The notes below the pieces were generated by a model. That model ran no database searches. It saw only the letters and a program-made list of their open reading frames with translations, and was not told the DNA's origin. Made by a program: the position numbers and the translations under genes. This document shows, piece by piece, positions 62,967 to 64,000 of a DNA stretch of 64,000 nt (its first letter is position 1; each line of letters begins with the position of its first letter). This DNA comes from a bacterium (GTDB taxonomy: Bacteria > Bacillota_I > Bacilli_A > RFN20 > CAG-826): NCBI GenBank assembly GCA_963623195.1, contig CAVFKA010000010.1, positions 398 to 64,397 on the forward strand, written 5' to 3'.

Positions 62967-64000
62967 AAACCTAATTCCTCCTTTGAAAGTTGCGATAAAG
63001 CAATATCGCGATATGTTTGGCAAGAGGAGAGGAGCTCTTTATGCGTTCCTTGTCCTACGACCTTGCCATCTTCAAGTACTAAGATTTCGTTTGCGTCCAT
63101 AATCGTTCCGATTCTTTGAGCAACTATAACCTTAGTTACTTCTGGTAACTCGTTTTTGATGTTTTCTCTTACTTGCAAATCGGTTTTGAAATCTAAGGCG
63201 GAGAAAGAATCGTCAAATACGGCTATTTCTGGATTGATTGCTAAAGCTCTAGCAATACAAAGCCTTTGCTTTTGGCCGCCAGATACATTAGTGCCGCCTT
63301 GGGCGATTTTAGAATCATATTTGTCTCCCATTTCTTCAATGAAAGAATCGGCGCAGGCAATCTTGGCGGATTTTTTCATGTCTTCCTCACTTAATGATGG
63401 ATTTCCAAAAGAAATATTAGAAGCGACCGTTCCAGAGAAAAGAACGCCTTTTTGCGGTACAAATCCGATTTTTGAGCGTAATGTAGATTGTTTGACGTCT
63501 TTTATGTTAACCCCGTCAATTAGGATTTCTCCATCACTAACGTCATATAATCTTGAGATTAGGTTAACAAGAGTGGATTTTCCACAACCAGTTGCCCCAA
63601 TAATCGCTACTGTTTCGCCCGCTTTTGCTTTAAAGGAGACGTTTGAAATGATTGGCTTTTCACCATCTGGATAGGTAAAAGAAACGTTTTTAAATTCAAT
63701 TTCCCCTTTAGAAGTGCCTTCAATTTCATTTTCAGGATCTTTGATTGAGGTTTTTGTAGAAAGAACTTCGTTGATACGATTTGCGGATACTGAAGCTCTT
63801 GGCCACATGACAAACATCATTAACAACATCATGAAGGACATAATGATTTGGGTTGCCAAGCTCGAGAAAGCTGATATTGTAGCGTAATCGGCTTTGCCAT
63901 TATTGATGACTAAGGCCCCAACACCAAGAATGGCGATTGTGACTCCGTCCATAACGACGGTCATCATAGGAGAAAGAACGCCCATGGCTCTTGATGTGAA
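62963..64000 (-). CDS. ABC exporter, fused TMD-NBD half transporter (heterodimer partner A), 5' end outside the window
   Basis: GATGCGKST, VSGGQKQRLCIARAL, AVFDDSFSALD. The frame remains open to the window edge. Confidence 0.9.
   Translation of the reverse strand, partial: FTSRAMGVLSPMMTVVMDGVTIAILGVGALVINNGKADYATISAFSSLATQIIMSFMMLLMMFVMWPRASVSANRINEVLSTKTSIKDPENEIEGTSKGEIEFKNVSFTYPDGEKPIISNVSFKAKAGETVAIIGATGCGKSTLVNLISRLYDVSDGEILIDGVNIKDVKQSTLRSKIGFVPQKGVLFSGTVASNISFGNPSLSEEDMKKSAKIACADSFIEEMGDKYDSKIAQGGTNVSGGQKQRLCIARALAINPEIAVFDDSFSALDFKTDLQVRENIKNELPEVTKVIVAQRIGTIMDANEILVLEDGKVVGQGTHKELLSSCQTYRDIALSQLSKEELGL

Noticed and set aside
1-64000. Searched by eye for CRISPR arrays, rRNA genes, IS elements, transposases, integrases and prophage structural genes, and for UGA-as-Trp recoding.
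   Set aside because: None was seen. There are no regularly spaced identical repeats of 25-40 bp and no transposase or integrase motifs. All conserved genes terminate normally, including at TGA, so the standard code (table 11) applies.

Overview
The window is a gene-dense, low-GC chromosomal segment (by eye in the high 30s % G+C) that uses the standard genetic code. All long ORFs close on TGA/TAA/TAG at the expected lengths, so there is no sign of UGA recoding. Gene content and local synteny point to a Bacillota organism (inference only, no search run): dnaD-nth, recU, gpsB-rnpB, pgsA-cinA-recA-rny-ymdB-miaB-miaA, rpoE delta subunit, long HPF and CCA-encoded tRNAs.

Most of the window is housekeeping:
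- DNA repair and replication: cca, dnaD, nth, recU, recA.
- RNA metabolism: rnpB, rny, ymdB, miaB, miaA, argS and six tRNAs.
- One-carbon and nucleotide metabolism: fhs, folA, thyA, metK, upp, apt.
- pgi, ispD/ispF and thiamine salvage behind a clear TPP riboswitch.
- Several ABC systems.

I saw no rRNA, CRISPR array, transposase or integrase.

The accessory or unexplained parts, in my order of interest:
1. A putative type I toxin-antitoxin-like locus between thyA and tRNA-Leu (47455-47700). It has a 23-aa hydrophobic peptide and a convergent promoter/terminator-bounded antisense RNA.
2. A self-contained two-gene module (55090-55900). It encodes a small protein plus a zeta-toxin/COG4185-like P-loop protein with a degenerate Walker A.
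3. A promoter-to-terminator structured leader upstream of metK (52827-53043) that I cannot fit to the SAM-I core.
4. MiaB fused to a YmcA/YlbF (RicA)-like tail, two genes downstream of RNase Y.
5. A decayed islet (51040-52850) with a frameshifted XRE repressor, a DUF6883-like/DUF4926-like pair, a decayed DUF4926-like paralog and a GC-rich patch.
6. A TetR-controlled five-gene operon (flavin-reductase-like, SDR, DUF1295 steroid-reductase-like, membrane protein) with a palindromic operator and a phased 14-bp repeat array.
7. A class II Fic gene next to a five-tRNA cluster, and a membrane-anchored protein with about nine tandem ~42-aa repeats.

All functional calls come from motif recognition by eye. 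No database search was run.
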